Shown: positions 24,801 to 39,116 of the stretch, piece by piece
Numbering within the stretch: position 1 is the stretch's first letter
How the letters are laid out: the number at the start of each line of letters is the position of its first letter
From: the human T2T-CHM13v2.0 reference genome, Homo sapiens
DNA: 64,000 nt
Assembly: GCF_009914755.1 (NCBI RefSeq)
Contig: NC_060936.1
Reading direction: 5' to 3' (one strand)
Notes under the pieces: generated by a model
Seen by the model: only the letters and a program-made list of their open reading frames with translations
Database searches by the model: none
What the model was told of the DNA's origin: nothing
Translations under genes and position numbers: made by a program

Positions 24801-26707
24801 TAGCTTGTTTGGTGAGGTCATGTTTTCCTGGATGGTCTTGATACTTGTAGATGTTCATCTATATCTGAGCATTGAAGACTTCAGTCTTTATTGTAGTCTT
24901 CAGAGTCTGGGCTTGTTTGTGCCCATTATTTTTGGGAACACTTTCCAGATATTCAAAGAGACTTGGGTCCCAACCCAATAACACAGTAGTTTATGCAAAC
25001 ACATAGAGGTACTGACTTGGTGGCCTTGGATTAACATGAAGACAAATTCTCTTGATTTATCAAGTAGAGACTCTTGTTCTCTTCCCTTAATTTCTCTCAA
25101 ACCAGCAGAGTCTCTCTTCCTGTGCTGAGGCATGTGGAGCTGGAGTTGGGTAACATAAGCACCCCTGTGGCCACTACCACTGAGACTGTGCTGATTCACA
25201 CCTGAAGTAGGCACAGAACTTGGTCTCACCCAAGGCCCACTGTAACCACTGCTTGGCTACTGTATAAGTTTACTCAAAGCCCTAGGACTCTATGATTAAT
25301 AGATGGCAAAGCCAGCCAAGTTTGTGTCTCTGCCTATAAGGTGGCAAGTTCCCCTAGCCATGAGTGGGTCCATAGATGCTATCTGGGAGCCAGAGATTAA
25401 AGTATAGAATCTTCACAATTTACCTGCTCTTCTATTTTACTGTAGCTAACCTGGCACTTAAGGCATAAGACAAAGCATTTTCTAATCTTCTTTCCCCTGT
25501 CTGCAGGCAAAGGAGCCTCTTCTATGACTGCCAACACCACCAGCCCATGGGGGAGTTCTGACAAATCATCAATTTCTCACTTAAAGCCCAAGGACATTTT
25601 AGTTATCTTATGATAAATTCTGCAATGCCTGGGACTCGACCTTTGCCCCAGGGCAAGTGCAGAAATGCTAACCGAGACCCTAGGCCTGGACTCAGGGACT
25701 CTAAGAATCTGCTTGGTGCTCTATCTTGTGGCTGAGCTGGTATATGAGGTGCAAAACAGAGTTCCTTTTACTTCCCCCCCTGCTTTTCTCAAACAGAAGT
25801 CTTTCACCATAGCTACCATAGCTGGAAATGTGCTGGGTCACACCTGAAGTTAGCACTTCTCAGAGCCCAATACCCATGGTATATTACCTGGGTATCACTG
25901 TTTTTTTATTCTGGGTATAGGGGTTCTTTAGTCAGCAGCTGATGAATTCTGCCAGGTCTTTACTGACATGGCAGCACTGAGTTTATGTAAAGGTCTCCAG
26001 TAACTATGCTCTCCCTCTCCCAAATTCACAGGTTTCTCTGTGTTGTGTGGCTGCTGCTGGGTGGGGGGTGGGGGAGTGGGGTTGTGAGCACTCCCTTAGC
26101 TGCTCTGGCTGGTGTCTCAGTAGGCCACATTCTCCCCACCTTCCACATTCGACTGGCTCAGAGCTCAGCTCAGCAGTATGACTTGCCTAATAATTGAAGT
26201 CCTTGTGGCCTAGACTGCCCCTTAAGTTCTCTTAGGGTCCAATAGCACTTCAACTCATGATGGCAAGGCTTGTAAAGACTCAAACTCCCAACACTGAGAT
26301 GGGAGATTTTCCTCTTGCTAGGGCCAATCCAAATGCTCCCTCTATTGGCAGATGTCAGCTGAGTATTATTTGGTTCTGCTTTTTACTGTGACATGGTAGT
26401 ACTGAGTTTATTGCAAAGCCTCACAAGTTGTGCTCTCCCTCTCCCAAACATACAATCTCTGCACCTTGTGGCCACTACTGGTGGTTGAAAAAGAGGTGGC
26501 ATCGGTGTTTCTAGACTGTCATTTTTTTATCTTCTCCAATGTCTTTTTCAGTGATATGAAGTTAATACCAGGTACTGTGAGTGCTCACCTAATTTTTGGT
26601 CCCTTTGACAGTGCTTCTTGAATGTAGTGAGTTGTGAAAATTTTGTGTTTTTGTATGGGGATGAGTGGTGTAGGCTTCTATTCTGCCTTGTTACTCGGTC
26701 TCTGCCT

Positions 26708-27561
26708 TAAAATTTTAGATTCAAGGAGTACATTTGCAGGTTTTCTACGTGGATATATTGTGTGATGCTGAGCTATGTGGGATATTATTGATCCCATCAC
26801 CACAGTAGTGAGCATATATTGTGGGATATAATTGATCCCATCACCAAGGTAGTGAGCATAGCACCAATAGTTTCTCACCCCCTGCCCTCCTCCTTCCCTC
26901 CTTCATCTAGTAGTTCTCAGTGTCTTCTGTTGATATCTTTATATTCATGAGTACCCCATGTTTAGATCCCACTTATAGGCAAGAGCCCGTGGTATTTGGT
27001 TTTCTGTTCCTGTATTAATTTCCTTAGGATAATGGCCTCCAGATGCATCCATGTTGCTGCACAGAACATGATTGTATCCTTTTTAATGTGTGCATAGTAT
27101 CTTACGGTGTTTATGTGGCACATATTTCTATCCATTTTATTGATTCACACATAAGTTAATTCCATGCCTTCTCTAATGTGAATAGCAATATGATGAATAT
27201 ACAAGGTTTTGTTTTGTAGAATTTGTAATTTCCTTTTGGGTATATACTCAGTAATGGAATTGCTGGTTGAATGGCCCTTCTGTTTTAAATTCTTTGAAAA
27301 ATCTCCAACCTGCTTTTCACAGTGGCTGAACTAACTTACGTTCTCACCACAGAATATAAGCATTTTATTTTCTCTGAAGTCTAACCAGAACTTGTTATTT
27401 TTTTACTTTTTAATAGTAGCCATACTGAATAATGAGATGGTGTCTTACATTGATTTGCATTTCTCTGATAATTAGTGATGTTGAACATTAAGAAAACCAT
27501 GCCATTAAAACATTGACAAGGGACATAAGCAGACACTTCTCAAAAGAAGACATACAAGTGG
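26708..27561 (-). mobile_element. 5'-truncated L1 (L1PA15-16/L1PB-like) with a short inverted segment (~27490-27561, +)
   Basis: 3' end 'attttagattcaaggagtacatttgcaggttt'; orientation flips at ~27488 to 'gacataagcagacacttctcaaaagaagacatacaagtgg'. Confidence 0.75.
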
Positions 27562-28249
27562 GATTCTTATTCTGTCACAATAAGCTGCCTTTCCTTTGAA
27601 AAAATACAAAATCAAACCATTTGAAAAGTCACTTTAATTTTAGTGATTGACAGTATGTTTCCCCTTCTCTATCTCCTTTTCTCATTTGTGAATGTTTTTC
27701 TGATCATTATGAATCCACTCAGCAGAGTAACCTCCATTCTTAATATGTGTGAATTGTGCTGATGAGCTAGTCAGCTCTCTTAAAATCACCAACAAAAGAG
27801 TTTAAATTTCCTAATTAGTAATATATTTTTAGCATGCCACAGGATGCTCTTAGAACAATGACTTCTGGTCCAGGCATTATGGATTATGATGATTTGTTCT
27901 CTGGATTTCTATAAGCTTTGAAATTAAGAGGGATAAATCTAAACTAAATTTGACTTCATACTCTTTACACATTTATTGGTTTTGTTAATTATTCCATAGG
28001 AAAACAGACAAAAGGCTTTTGTAGAATTCAATTCTGTTTTAACATATTTAGGGTTACTAGAAGGGAATTATATTGATGTAATTGAGAGACTGAATTAACC
28101 TCAGTCATCACATGTGATTTTTCTAGAGTTTTTTTTAATGGTACTGACATTCTTTTCAGTATGTTAATGCCTAGCTTGGGTTTCTGGGAGAGACATGAGT
28201 AGCTAGTACAACCCATCTAAAACATGATGTTCATTAGTTGGAATAATGG

Positions 28250-28793
28250 TGTGATATGATAGTCTTCAAGATGATGCCCTCAATTTCTTTCCTCCCTGCA
28301 TGCACATGCTGCTCTTTACATTGACAGGTAGAGTCTACTCTCCCATTTCTTGAACCTGTGCTGGTCACAATGACTTGCTTTACCAATAAGATGCAGCAGA
28401 AGTCATATTCTAGAACCTCCAAGGGTAGGTCATAAGAAGCTTTATAGTATTTGCCTGTGTGTCTTGGGACTAACTACCACATTGTGAGGACTCCAGGTAA
28501 TATAGAGAGGTCAGATAGGCATCACACACAGTAGCCAATATGCACTGCCAGTCATCTGAGTAACCCATCTAGGCTCTTTAGCTTAGTTGAGTTTTCAGGT
28601 GACTTCAGCAGCAGCCAACCAACTTCAACTGCAAGAAAGACTCCAAAAGAGAACTTTTGTAGCGCCCACAAAACCATGAGAAATAATGTTAGTTAAAATT
28701 ACTAAACAAATAATAACAATAAACAATATTAAACAATAAATAATTCCTTAAGTTTTGGGATGGCTTACTATTCATCAAGAGATAGCTAGAATA
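28250..28793 (+). mobile_element. MLT1 (old MaLR) LTR
   Basis: 'tgtgatatgatagtcttcaagatgatgccc...' start and 'cttaagttttgggatggcttactattcatcaagagatagctagaata' end are typical of MLT1G/H. Confidence 0.7.
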
Positions 28794-29759
28794 AGTACTA
28801 AATGTTGCACAATACTAAATAAGTGTAAGTTTAGTTGTGTAATATACTTCTATATTTTAAAGCCATTGACATTTTTGGACAGAGTGTAAAAGTGAGCACT
28901 GATTAAATAGCTCCCAAGAGAAATTGCCTGTTGTATCTCAACACCATCATTTACCAATGGGTATTTTGCTATTGGAAAATATATCCTGTAATGTTCATTT
29001 TAAAAAATACACTAACAATTTTTTAGAAAGGCATATGCTATTTTGAAAAAAAAATTGAAAGAACCAGAAAAATGTAAATTTTAAGCCTCTAATCATATTT
29101 ATATGCTATTTAACCAATAAATCCAAAGTCTGATGGCAAATATGTTTATGTTACACTGATATTTGGATAAATAAGTTAAACAAACAGTTTTCTTTTTAAA
29201 TGATAGGCCTTATAATTGGTACGATGTTGAGATGGCTGCAGTGAATAAGCTTATCATCATAATATTTTCTCTTTAATACTTTTTTAGAACATTAAGTGAC
29301 AACCAGAGTCTAAAACTGGGTTGCATAGCAGGAATAAAATCAGAGTGACACTTATTTTGCAGCAGCAGTATTGGAATTCTTGCTGTTGGGGTTGGTAGTA
29401 GCAAGCTCAATTATAGGTGGATTCTGTTTCATGCTTAGATGGTGTGTTGGAACATTTCCTGTTTAGAACTTTCTATTTTAACACTTCCTGACTAGAGCTG
29501 TTTAAAATAGAAACAAACCCCTCAGATTTTGAATTTAGCCAATTTATTGTTATAATTTGTTCATATGTTTCTACTTTTTAGACTGTGGCTTTCATGTAGA
29601 CAGAAATTGTATCTTATACCTCTTTTTCTTCAGCAGCAGTGTGCCTGGCACCTAGCTGAATTGTCAGGTTTGTTGAATAATTAAAGTAAAATTATACCAG
29701 AAGTAAACTATTAAATTTATCAATTTTACTCAGAAAACTTATAACTAAGTAAGATGTAT

Positions 29760-30900
29760 GAATCAATGCACTCACTTATTCAACAAACATTTATTAAGTG
29801 ACTACAGTAAGCTAGGAATATGGCAGTAAACAAATCTCACCTTTTCTCAAACTTCAGTGGATCCAGGAGTTTCTAGGTTTAATTCTTGCTCAATCAGCAA
29901 TTCCTTTTCACTGAAGACTTGACAAGGTTTGAGAAGAGTGTGTGAACTCAGCAGATGTTTGTGATGCACCTATTGTGTGCCAGAAACTGTAGTGTCACAG
30001 GATCGGCCTGTCTCCTAGGAAAGGTGAACACTAAAAACATTATTTTAAGCAAAAAAAAAAAAAAAATGCCAAGTATGCCAAGTGTTGGAGAGGGAAGCAC
30101 TGGGTCCCAACAGTACAATGGGCACTGAGCCTAGCATGGGGTCCAGGCGTCTCTGGCATGGTGCCCTCCTAGGTCATGGTTGTCCCTCCTTGTTGCTCCT
30201 GCTGTCTCCTTCAGTTACATCTGCTTCTCTGCATTTCCTCATTTTACAGTGTGTGGGATGCAGTTATCTCTGAACAGGAATAGGCAACTATACACCTGTT
30301 ATGCTGTGCTTGATGCTCTGCATTGATGTACACTGGGCCCAGGTTTCCCTGGTGGACTGCTTTGGCTATTCTTGTCATCTAGCTCTGAAGTCTTTGTTCA
30401 CTGAAGTGTACTTGTCAGATGGGGAAGCCAGAGATCTGGAGTCCTCTGTTGGGGTCACTCTCGCCCTGCTTATCTTCCCTGACATACCTAACAGATGAAG
30501 CTCAGGTGAGCAGTGCACGTCAGGCCACACTGTGGACCATGTACAATTCTTCAAGCTCCAGCTTTAACTCTCTTTCTTATTGCTCTCTTAGGACAGTATA
30601 TTTAGATGGAAGTAAATGAAAATAATGTTATTAGGGGATAAGATTAAAGTCGATCTCATTTGTAAAAAAGGAAGTACATTGCTTGCGAACTGTAATGCTT
30701 TATTTTTAGTGAGAAATCACCTTAAAACTTGGAACCTGGATACAAGATAATTACTTCATTCTGCAAATGTTTAGTAGCAAACTATATGGCAGGACTGTAC
30801 TAGGTACTAGGGATACATGGTTGAATATATAGTATAAGATGCCTTGGAGTTTCATATAATGGCTCATGCAGTATATAGACAGTGTGGTAAAGAGAGACTT
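29760..30900 (-). mobile_element. Scattered L2 3'-end remnants
   Basis: 'attcaacaaacatttattaagtgactac...aggaatatggcagtaaacaaa' at ~29780 and 'gcaaatgtttagtagcaaactatatggcaggactgtactaggtactagggatacatgg' at ~30765. Confidence 0.5.
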
Positions 30901-31051
30901 CTGAGATGCACAGAGCACAGACTATAAAGGGTCTTTGATTGGTGGATAAATGTGTTTGGACGTTTCGTTCAGGGATGTTGAAGTTTTCGAAGGTCAGTTG
31001 TTTCAGGGTTTTGGCATTTTCAGGCCCTGCTGATCATCAATTGGCTCTGTC

Positions 31052-31572
31052 TGATCTAGCAATCCCACGGCTGGGTATCTACACAAAGGAAAAGAAATCA
31101 ATGTATCAGAAAGATACCTGTACTCATATGTTTGTTGCAATACTATTCACAGTATCACAGATATAAAACCAACCAAAATGTCTATCAACAGATGATTGGA
31201 GAAAGAAAATGTAGAAAATATACACAATGAAATAATATTCAAGCATAAAAAAGAATAAAATCATAACTATTGCAGACACATGGATGGAACTGGACGCCAT
31301 TATTGTAAGTGAAACAAGCCAGACACAGAGTAAACATGTTTTATCACTCATAAGTGGGTGCTAAAAGATGTGTAGGTATTGATATAGAGAGTGGAATGAT
31401 AATGGAGACTCAGCAGGGTGAGGGGATGGAAGGGGCGAATAGTGAGAAATTACTTAATAGGTACAATGTGCACTATCCAGGTGATGGATACCCTAAAAGC
31501 CCTGACTTCACCACTATGCAATCCACGCTTACAGCAAAATTGGACTTGTAACCTATAAATTTATACACGAAA
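31052..31572 (+). mobile_element. L1MA-type 3' end fragment
   Basis: ORF2 C-terminus (DLAIPRLGIYTKEKKSMYQKDTCTHMF) followed by a 3' UTR. Confidence 0.85.
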
Positions 31573-32365
31573 AGTCTCAGAACTCTCTCTCTTCTCTCAT
31601 AAGCGTCAGAGCTCAGTGATCCCCTTGGATCTCCTCGGCCTTCTAAGTTTTGACTTTCCTACCTAGGTGATTTTGAGCACAGATAAGGGAGTGTTTCAGG
31701 AAGATGCTCTCAGGCACACTGCTTCTGAAGAAACATTAGAGGCTCTTCTAGTGGCCTTTATCTAGTCACTGCTTTAAGCAAGGAATAAAACATCTGTGGC
31801 TAAAATTTTAAAAACTGTGTTTCCTACCCACCCTTCAAACCTGACAGAAGAGATTTTAGAATTTTAAGGGAACAGCTTTTTCCTGACCCAAAAGGGCATA
31901 GTAGTGCAAAGGCCAATGTCACGGAAGTACCTTTTCCCCACCTGTAACATAACTCTCAACTACTATTCCCACAGCTGCAATCAGTACAATGTTTTGACTG
32001 AGGTATTGGAAAAGCCTATGAGCTCATTATCATTTGAACATATGAGTAATGTAAAATTTAGACAGAATTTTATTTGAAAGGATTATTTATGCAATTTTTA
32101 TTTAACTGATTTATAATGTGGTTATTTTGAACAATAAAAATCAGGTTGTTATGTTGTAAGCTAGAAATATTTACAACACCACATGGTCTTGATTATCTCA
32201 CATGATGAATTGAAGATTAAAGCAAAATAATTTATCTTAGGGAACTTCGTGACAATTTCTCAACTTTGCCTAATAATGACTTATAACTGTTATGCATATA
32301 TAGAGAACTCCTGACTAAAGGGAATTTTTTTGACTATAGTGCTATGTTTTTTATTGTAACTTTTT

Positions 32366-32633
32366 TTTCTTTCTTTCTTTCTTTCTTTATTTATTTTTAT
32401 TATTATACTTTAAGTTTTAGGGTACATGTGCACATTGTGCAGGTTAGTTACATATGTATACATGTGCCATGCTGGTGCGCTGCACCCACTATCTTGTCAT
32501 CTAGCATTAGGTATATCTCCCAATGCTATCCCTCCCCCCTCCCCCCACCCCACAACAGTCCCCAGAGTGTGATGTTCCCCTTCCTGTGTCCATGTGATCT
32601 CATTGTTCAATTCCCACCTATGAGTGAGAATAT
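32366..32633 (-). mobile_element. Young 5'-truncated L1 (L1PA2/L1HS-like 3' end, ~270 bp)
   Basis: Near-consensus L1PA2/HS 3' UTR; perfect 14-bp TSD tattgtaacttttt (32352-32365 and 32631-32644). Confidence 0.93.
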
Positions 32634-35600
32634 TGTAACTTTTTAAGATCTGGAGGAACATATATTTAGTCTCAGTTGGCCAACTAAATGTTATGGAGTC
32701 GGCTTCTGTGTTATATGCAGAGTATTGAAGGAACAGTGGAGACAAGCCTGCTGCCCTTGCAGAGTCTGGGGGAGAAAACCTGATGGAGTGCAGCAGGGAA
32801 CATGCTGGGAGCATCCCGGGATGCCAAAAGTGCACACAGATGGAACAACTGTCTTAGAACGGTGGAGGTTCAAACAAGGAGAGGTGTCAGGAAAAACAAG
32901 GAAAGTTTAATCTGCAGGAATAGAAACACACTTAAGAAATCCATGGGGAATGAAAAGAGAATGGCTGAGCAGCAGCAGATTGTCAAGAAGGAAACCAAGA
33001 AGAAACAGCCAAAGAGGTTGATGGAGAATGAGGAGAAAGAAGGTGATACTGAAGCCAAGGAAAGGAAAGTGTTTCAATATTTCTGGAAAAAAAATCACAT
33101 GCTCTGTCTTAAACTTGCTGTTTTGTGAGTCACATAGCCACATTCTAGGTTCTGAGAAGTCCAGCACTAAAGATGTTTCTTTCAGTTTGCTTAACCCAGC
33201 ATTTGCCAGAATAATCTGGGCTCAGTGTGAGTGTGTGCATGTGTGTGTGTGTGTGCCTGTGTGTTTCACTAATATCTCACTGGGGCTAGTGTTCTACACA
33301 ACATAACTTTTAAAATACTAGTTTTACCCATCCTATGTTGAGCTGCAGCAATACTTACAAAGGTAAACTTTGATCATGTGTCTTAGTTACTAAAGAAAAG
33401 AAAACAAACTAATGAATAAAGCCCACCCTGCAGTGGCTCCTCACTACCTGTAGAGTGGAGCCCGCCTGGCTTGGCCTAGGTGCCCTGTGCTGACCTGGCC
33501 ATGTTGCCATCTGCCTGCTTCTTTGCCTCCCCCTTTCCGCCTGGAGAAGGTAGGGATGCTCTGAGCTTTGGCCAGCATGGAACATGTGTCCTTCTCCTAA
33601 AGCGGACCATGTTTTCCTGAGTCCACTTTAATCTTTTTTTAAGGGTATAGATCAAACAATTTATATTTTCTGGCCTCTCCTTGTCTCCCTTTCCAGTCTC
33701 CAAACAGAGATCTGACCTTTCCTTAAAGCTTTATGGTCAGGTCTCACTCTGCATGCAGTTTTCCTGCCACTTCTGCAATGTACATACTTTACTGGTACAT
33801 TAATTATGCTATACCAGCCGAGGTTTTTCATTTATGTATCATTTTGTATCACCTTCTTTTTTTTTCTTAGAGCTTAGTACACTTATTTATTCAGTCTTTC
33901 CACGATATAATTGTATGTCATATAATTTTATATTTATTTTCATTGGTATTTATATATCTTTTCTGTAAAAATGGAGACTTTCTAAATAGATCTTCATTAA
34001 TGTTGAAAGAACAAAGTTTTAAGTCTTGGTCTCAGCCAAAAGGAGTTCCCCACATATCCAGAAGGGAATGAAACACTTCCATTGTTGCATTAGATATTCT
34101 TACAGAGAAAGAGAACCATGTGTAATGGAAAATTGCTAACTTTGCCTCAGGGAGACCAGGTTGATTCACTGAGAAAGTTTGAATTGCTTTAGAAAGCATG
34201 GTTCTGAGTTTTCTAGGAGAAGGAGAAAAGTTAGAATAGGGCATAAGAAGTAATGCCCACATCAAAGTTAGAAAGATCTCAAATTGACAACCTAGCATCA
34301 CAACTGAAAGAATTAGAAAAGCAAGAAGAAATCAACCACAAAGCTTGCAGAAGACAAGAAATAACTAAAATCAGAGCTGAACTGAAAGAACTTGAGCCTA
34401 AAAAACTGTTCAAAAGATCACTTAAGGTTTTTTGAAAAAAATTAATAAGATAGATAGGCACTAGCTAGACTAATAAAGAAGAAAAGAAAGAAGATTCAAA
34501 TAAACACAATTAGAAATGATGAAGGGAATGTTACCACTGACCCCACAGAAATAAAAATAATAATCAGGAACTACTATGAACACCTCTACACACACAAACT
34601 AGAAACCCTAGAGGAGATGATTAAATTCCTGGACACATACACCCCTCAAGACTGAACCAGGAAGAAATTCAGTATCTTAACAGACCAATAATGAGCTCAA
34701 AAAATTGAATCAGTAATAAATAGCCTACCAAACAAACAAACAAACAAAAAAAAAGCCCAGGACCTGACAGATTAACAGTCAAATTTTAACAGATGTACAA
34801 AGAAGAGCCAGTACCATTCCTACTAAAACTATTTCAAGAAATAGAGGAGGAGGGACTCCTCCCAACTTGTTCTACGAGGCCAGCATCATCCTGATACCAA
34901 AGCCTGGCAGTGACACAACAAAAAAAGAAAGCTTCAGGCCAGTATCCTTGATGAACATTCATTCAATAATCCACAACAAAATCCTTGCAAACCAAATCCA
35001 GCAGCACATCAAAAGGGTAATTCGCCACAGTGAAGTAGGCTTCTTCCCTGGAATGGAAGATTGGTCCATCATGGACAAATCAATAAAATGTGATTCATAA
35101 CATAAATAAAACTAAAGACAAGAACCACATGATTGACTCAGTAGATGCAGAAAAGGTTTTCAGTAAAATTCAACAATGCTTCATGTTAAAAACTCTCAAT
35201 AAATGAGCTATTGAAGGAACATACCTCAAAATAATAAAAGCCATCTATGACAAACTCACAGCCAACATTATACTAAATGGGCAAAATCTGGAAGAATTCT
35301 CCTTGAAACCCACACAAGACAAGGATGCCCTCTCTCACCACTCCTACTCAACATAGTATTAGAAGTTCTTACTGGAGCAATCAGATAAGAGAAAGAAATA
35401 AAGGGTATTTAAATAGAAAGCGAAGTCCAACTGCCTCTGTTTGGAGACAACATAATTCTCTAGCTAAACCGTACAGTTGTGACCCAAAAGGCTCCTTAAG
35501 CTGATAAACAACTTCCACATGGTTTCAGTATACAAAATCAATGTACAAAATTTGCTAGCATCCCTATATACCAAGAAGAGCCAAACTGAGAGACAAATCA

Positions 35601-36540
35601 GAAAGGCAATTTTATTCACAATTTCCACAAAAAGAATAAAATACCTAGGAATACAGCTAACCAGGGAGGTGAAAGATCTCTACAATAAAAATTACAAAAC
35701 ACTGCTCAAACATGTGAGAGAAGACACAAACAAATGAAAAATCATTTCATGCTAATGGAGAGAAAGAACGAATATCATTTAAATGGCCATACTGCCCAAA
35801 GCTATTCCTATTAAACTACCAATGACTTGCTTCACGGAACTAGAAAAAGCTATTTAAAAATTCATATAGCACCAAGAAAAAACCTAACTAGCTAAGGCAA
35901 TCCTAAGCAAAAGGAACAAAGCTTGAGGCATCACATTGCCCGACTTCAAACCATAGTACAGCACTACAGTAACCAAAACAGCATGGTATTTGTACGGAAA
36001 GACACACACACCAATGGAACAGAATAAAGATCCCAGAAATAAGACCACACACCTACAACTATATAATCTTTGACAAATCTGGCAAAAACAAGCAATGGGA
36101 AAAAGACTCCCTATTCAATAAATGGTGCTGGGATAACTGGCTAGCCATATGCAGAAGATCGAAGCTGGACTTCTTCCTTACACCGTATACAAAGATCAAC
36201 TCAAGATGGATTAAAGACTTCAATGTAAAACCCAAAACTATAAAAGCCCTGGAAGACAACCTAGACAATACCATCCTAGACATAGAAACAGGCAAAGATT
36301 CCATGATAAAGACACCAAAAACAATTACAACCAATGCAAATATTGACAAGTGGGATCTAATTTAACTTAAAAGCTTCTGCTCAGCAAAAGAAATTATCGA
36401 TAGAGTGAAGAGACAACCTACAAACTGAGAAAACATATTTACAAACTAGGTATCTGTCAATGGTCTAATATTCAACACAAGGAACTTAAATAAATTCACA
36501 AGAGAAAAAACAAAGAGCCCTATTAAAACGTGGCCAAAGA

Positions 36541-38073
36541 ACTGTCTATTCATGTCCTTAGCCTACTTTTTGATGGGATTGTTTGTTTTTTTTTCTTGCT
36601 AATTTGTTTGAGCTCGTTGTAGATGCTGGGTATTAGTCCTTTGTCAGATATACAGATTGTGAAGATTTTCTCCCATTCTGTGGATTGTCTGTTTACTCTG
36701 CTGACTGCGCAGAGTAAAGAGTGAAAAAGCTTTTGCAGTGAAAAAGCTCTTTAGTTTAATTAAATCCCACCTATTAATCTTTGTTTTTCTTGCATTTGCT
36801 TTTGGGTTGTTGGTCATGAAATCCTTGCCTAAGCCAATGTCTAGAAGGGTTTTTTCGATGTCATCTTCTAGAATTTTTATAGTTTCAGGTCTTAGATTTA
36901 AGTCCTTGATCCATCTCGTGTTGATTTTTGTATAAGGTGAGAGATGAAGATCCAGTTTCATTCTCCTACATGTGGCTTGCCAATTATCCCAGCACCATTT
37001 GTTGAGTAGGGTGTTCTTTCCCCACTTTGTTTTTGTTTGCTTTGTCAAAGATCAGATGGCTGTAAATATTTGGGTTAATTTCTGAGTTCTCTATTATGTG
37101 CCATTTGTCTATGTGCCTATTTTTATACCAGAACCATGCTGTTTTGGTGACTATGGTCTTATGATATAGCTTGAAATCAGGTAATGTGATGCCTTCTGAT
37201 TTGTTCTTTTTGCTTAGTATTGCTTTGGCTATGTGGGCAATGTTTTGGTTCCGTATGAATTTTAGAATTTTTTTTCTAGTTCTGTGAAGAATGATGGTGG
37301 TATTTTGATGGCAATTGCATTGAATTTATAGATTGCTTTTGGCACCATGGTCACAGACAATCTTAGAAGATACACAAATGGCCAAAAAACATATGGAAAA
37401 ATGCTCAACATCACTAATAATCAGAGAAATGCAAATTACAACCATGATGCGATACCATCTTACTCCCACAAGAATGGTTATAATCAAAAAATAAAAACAT
37501 AATAGATGTTGGTGTGAATGTGGTGAAAAAGGAACACTTCTACACTGCTGGTGGGAATGTAAACTAATACAATCACTATTGACAACAGTGTGGAGATTCC
37601 TTAAAGAACTAAAAGTAGAAGTACCATTTGATCCCGCAATCCCACTACTGGCTATGTACACAGTGGGAAAAAAAAGTCATTATACAAAAAAGATACTTGC
37701 ACACACATATTTATAGCAGCACAATTTGCAATTGTAAAAATGTAGAACCAATCCAAATGCCCATCAATCAATGAGTGGATAAAGAAACTGTGGTGTATAT
37801 GTACGATGGAATACTACTCAGCCATAAAAATGAATGAATTAATATTCTCACTTATAAGCGGGGGCTAAGCTATAAGGATGCAAAGACACAATGGACTTCG
37901 GGGACTCAGGGGAAAGGGGTGAAGGGGGTGAGGGATACAATGCTACAAATTGGGTTCAGTGTATACTGATGAGGTGATGGATGTACCAAAATTTTACAAA
38001 TCACCAATAAAGAACTTATTTATGTAACCAAACACCACCTGTGGCCCCAAAACCTATGGAAATAAAAAAAAAA
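36541..38073 (+). mobile_element. L1PB-like insertion with 5' inversion (36541-~37355 minus, ~37356-38073 plus)
   Basis: Orientation switch at ~37355; L1PB1-type 3' end aaacctatggaaataaaaaa; degenerate TSD aaaacgtggccaaaga / aaaagtgagcaaaaga. Confidence 0.85.
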
Positions 38074-38533
38074 AGTGAGCAAAAGACATGAACACTTTTC
38101 AAAAGAATACATACATGTGACCAACCACCATATAATACAAAGCTCAATATGACTGATCATTAGAGGAATGCAAATCAAAGGCACAGTGAGACACCATCTC
38201 ATACCAGTCAGAATGGCTATTACTAAAAAGTCAAAAAATAACAGATGCTGGCAAGGTTGTGGAGAAAGACAACACATACACTGCTGCTGAGAGTGTACAT
38301 TGGTCCCACTGTTGTGGAAAGCAGTATGGTAATTCCTCGAAAGGGCTAAAAGCAGAACCATCACTTGACCCAGCAATATCATTGCTGGGTATATACCCAG
38401 AGGTATATAAATTATTCTATCATAAAGACACAAGCACATAAATGTTTATTGCAGCACTATTCACAATAGTAAAGACATGGAATCAACCTAAATGCCCATC
38501 GATGACAGATGGGATAAAGGTAATGTGGCAAAT

Positions 38534-39116
38534 TTTAGAGGAAAAGTTAAATATTAAATTTGAACTCAATTGAACATGGACACAAACAATGGTCACTAAG
38601 TCCCGGAACGAGTTGTGTGAGCCCCTGGAGGCATTCATTCAGCACTGTTTCAGAGAAATAGTTACTGAAAAACGACAATTGCAAAAACAAGTTGACCTTT
38701 TTGTGTTCCTTGAGCCCAGTCAAGAAGGGCCCTCATAACTGGGCCTCATGTCAAACAACATGTTACAAAAAGAGCTAGGTTCCCGGATGGCACCGAAGCT
38801 TCATGGGACCTCTCCTTGTCTGTGCATGGACTATTGGTCAACTCTGGAGCACAGGCTGTTGCTTCCCGGTCTGGTGATGAATCCTCCATCGTCTGGTGAG
38901 TGTAAATATATATGTATGTATATATGTATATGTATATATATTATATATATGTCTTTTCCCTTCTCCCCTTCCCATTACAATTTATTATATCATTTGCTTA
39001 TTAGATAATTTGCTTATTATATCTGTATTGCCATATAATTCGGATAAAGTCTGTTTACCCTTAAAAGTATTGTGTGTTTCTTTCCTTCTCTCCTCACACA
39101 TTTCTCTCGCAGAACA
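38534..39116 (+). mobile_element. Solo LTR, LTR18A-like (ERVL)
   Basis: 'gaaaagttaaatattaaatttgaactcaattgaacatggacacaaacaatggtcac...cagaaca'; TSD caaat/cacat; family name from memory. Confidence 0.7.

Noticed and set aside
32802-33128. Charged, Lys/Glu-rich 108-aa ORF
   Set aside because: Purine-rich sequence consistent with an old L2 remnant; no splice or homology support
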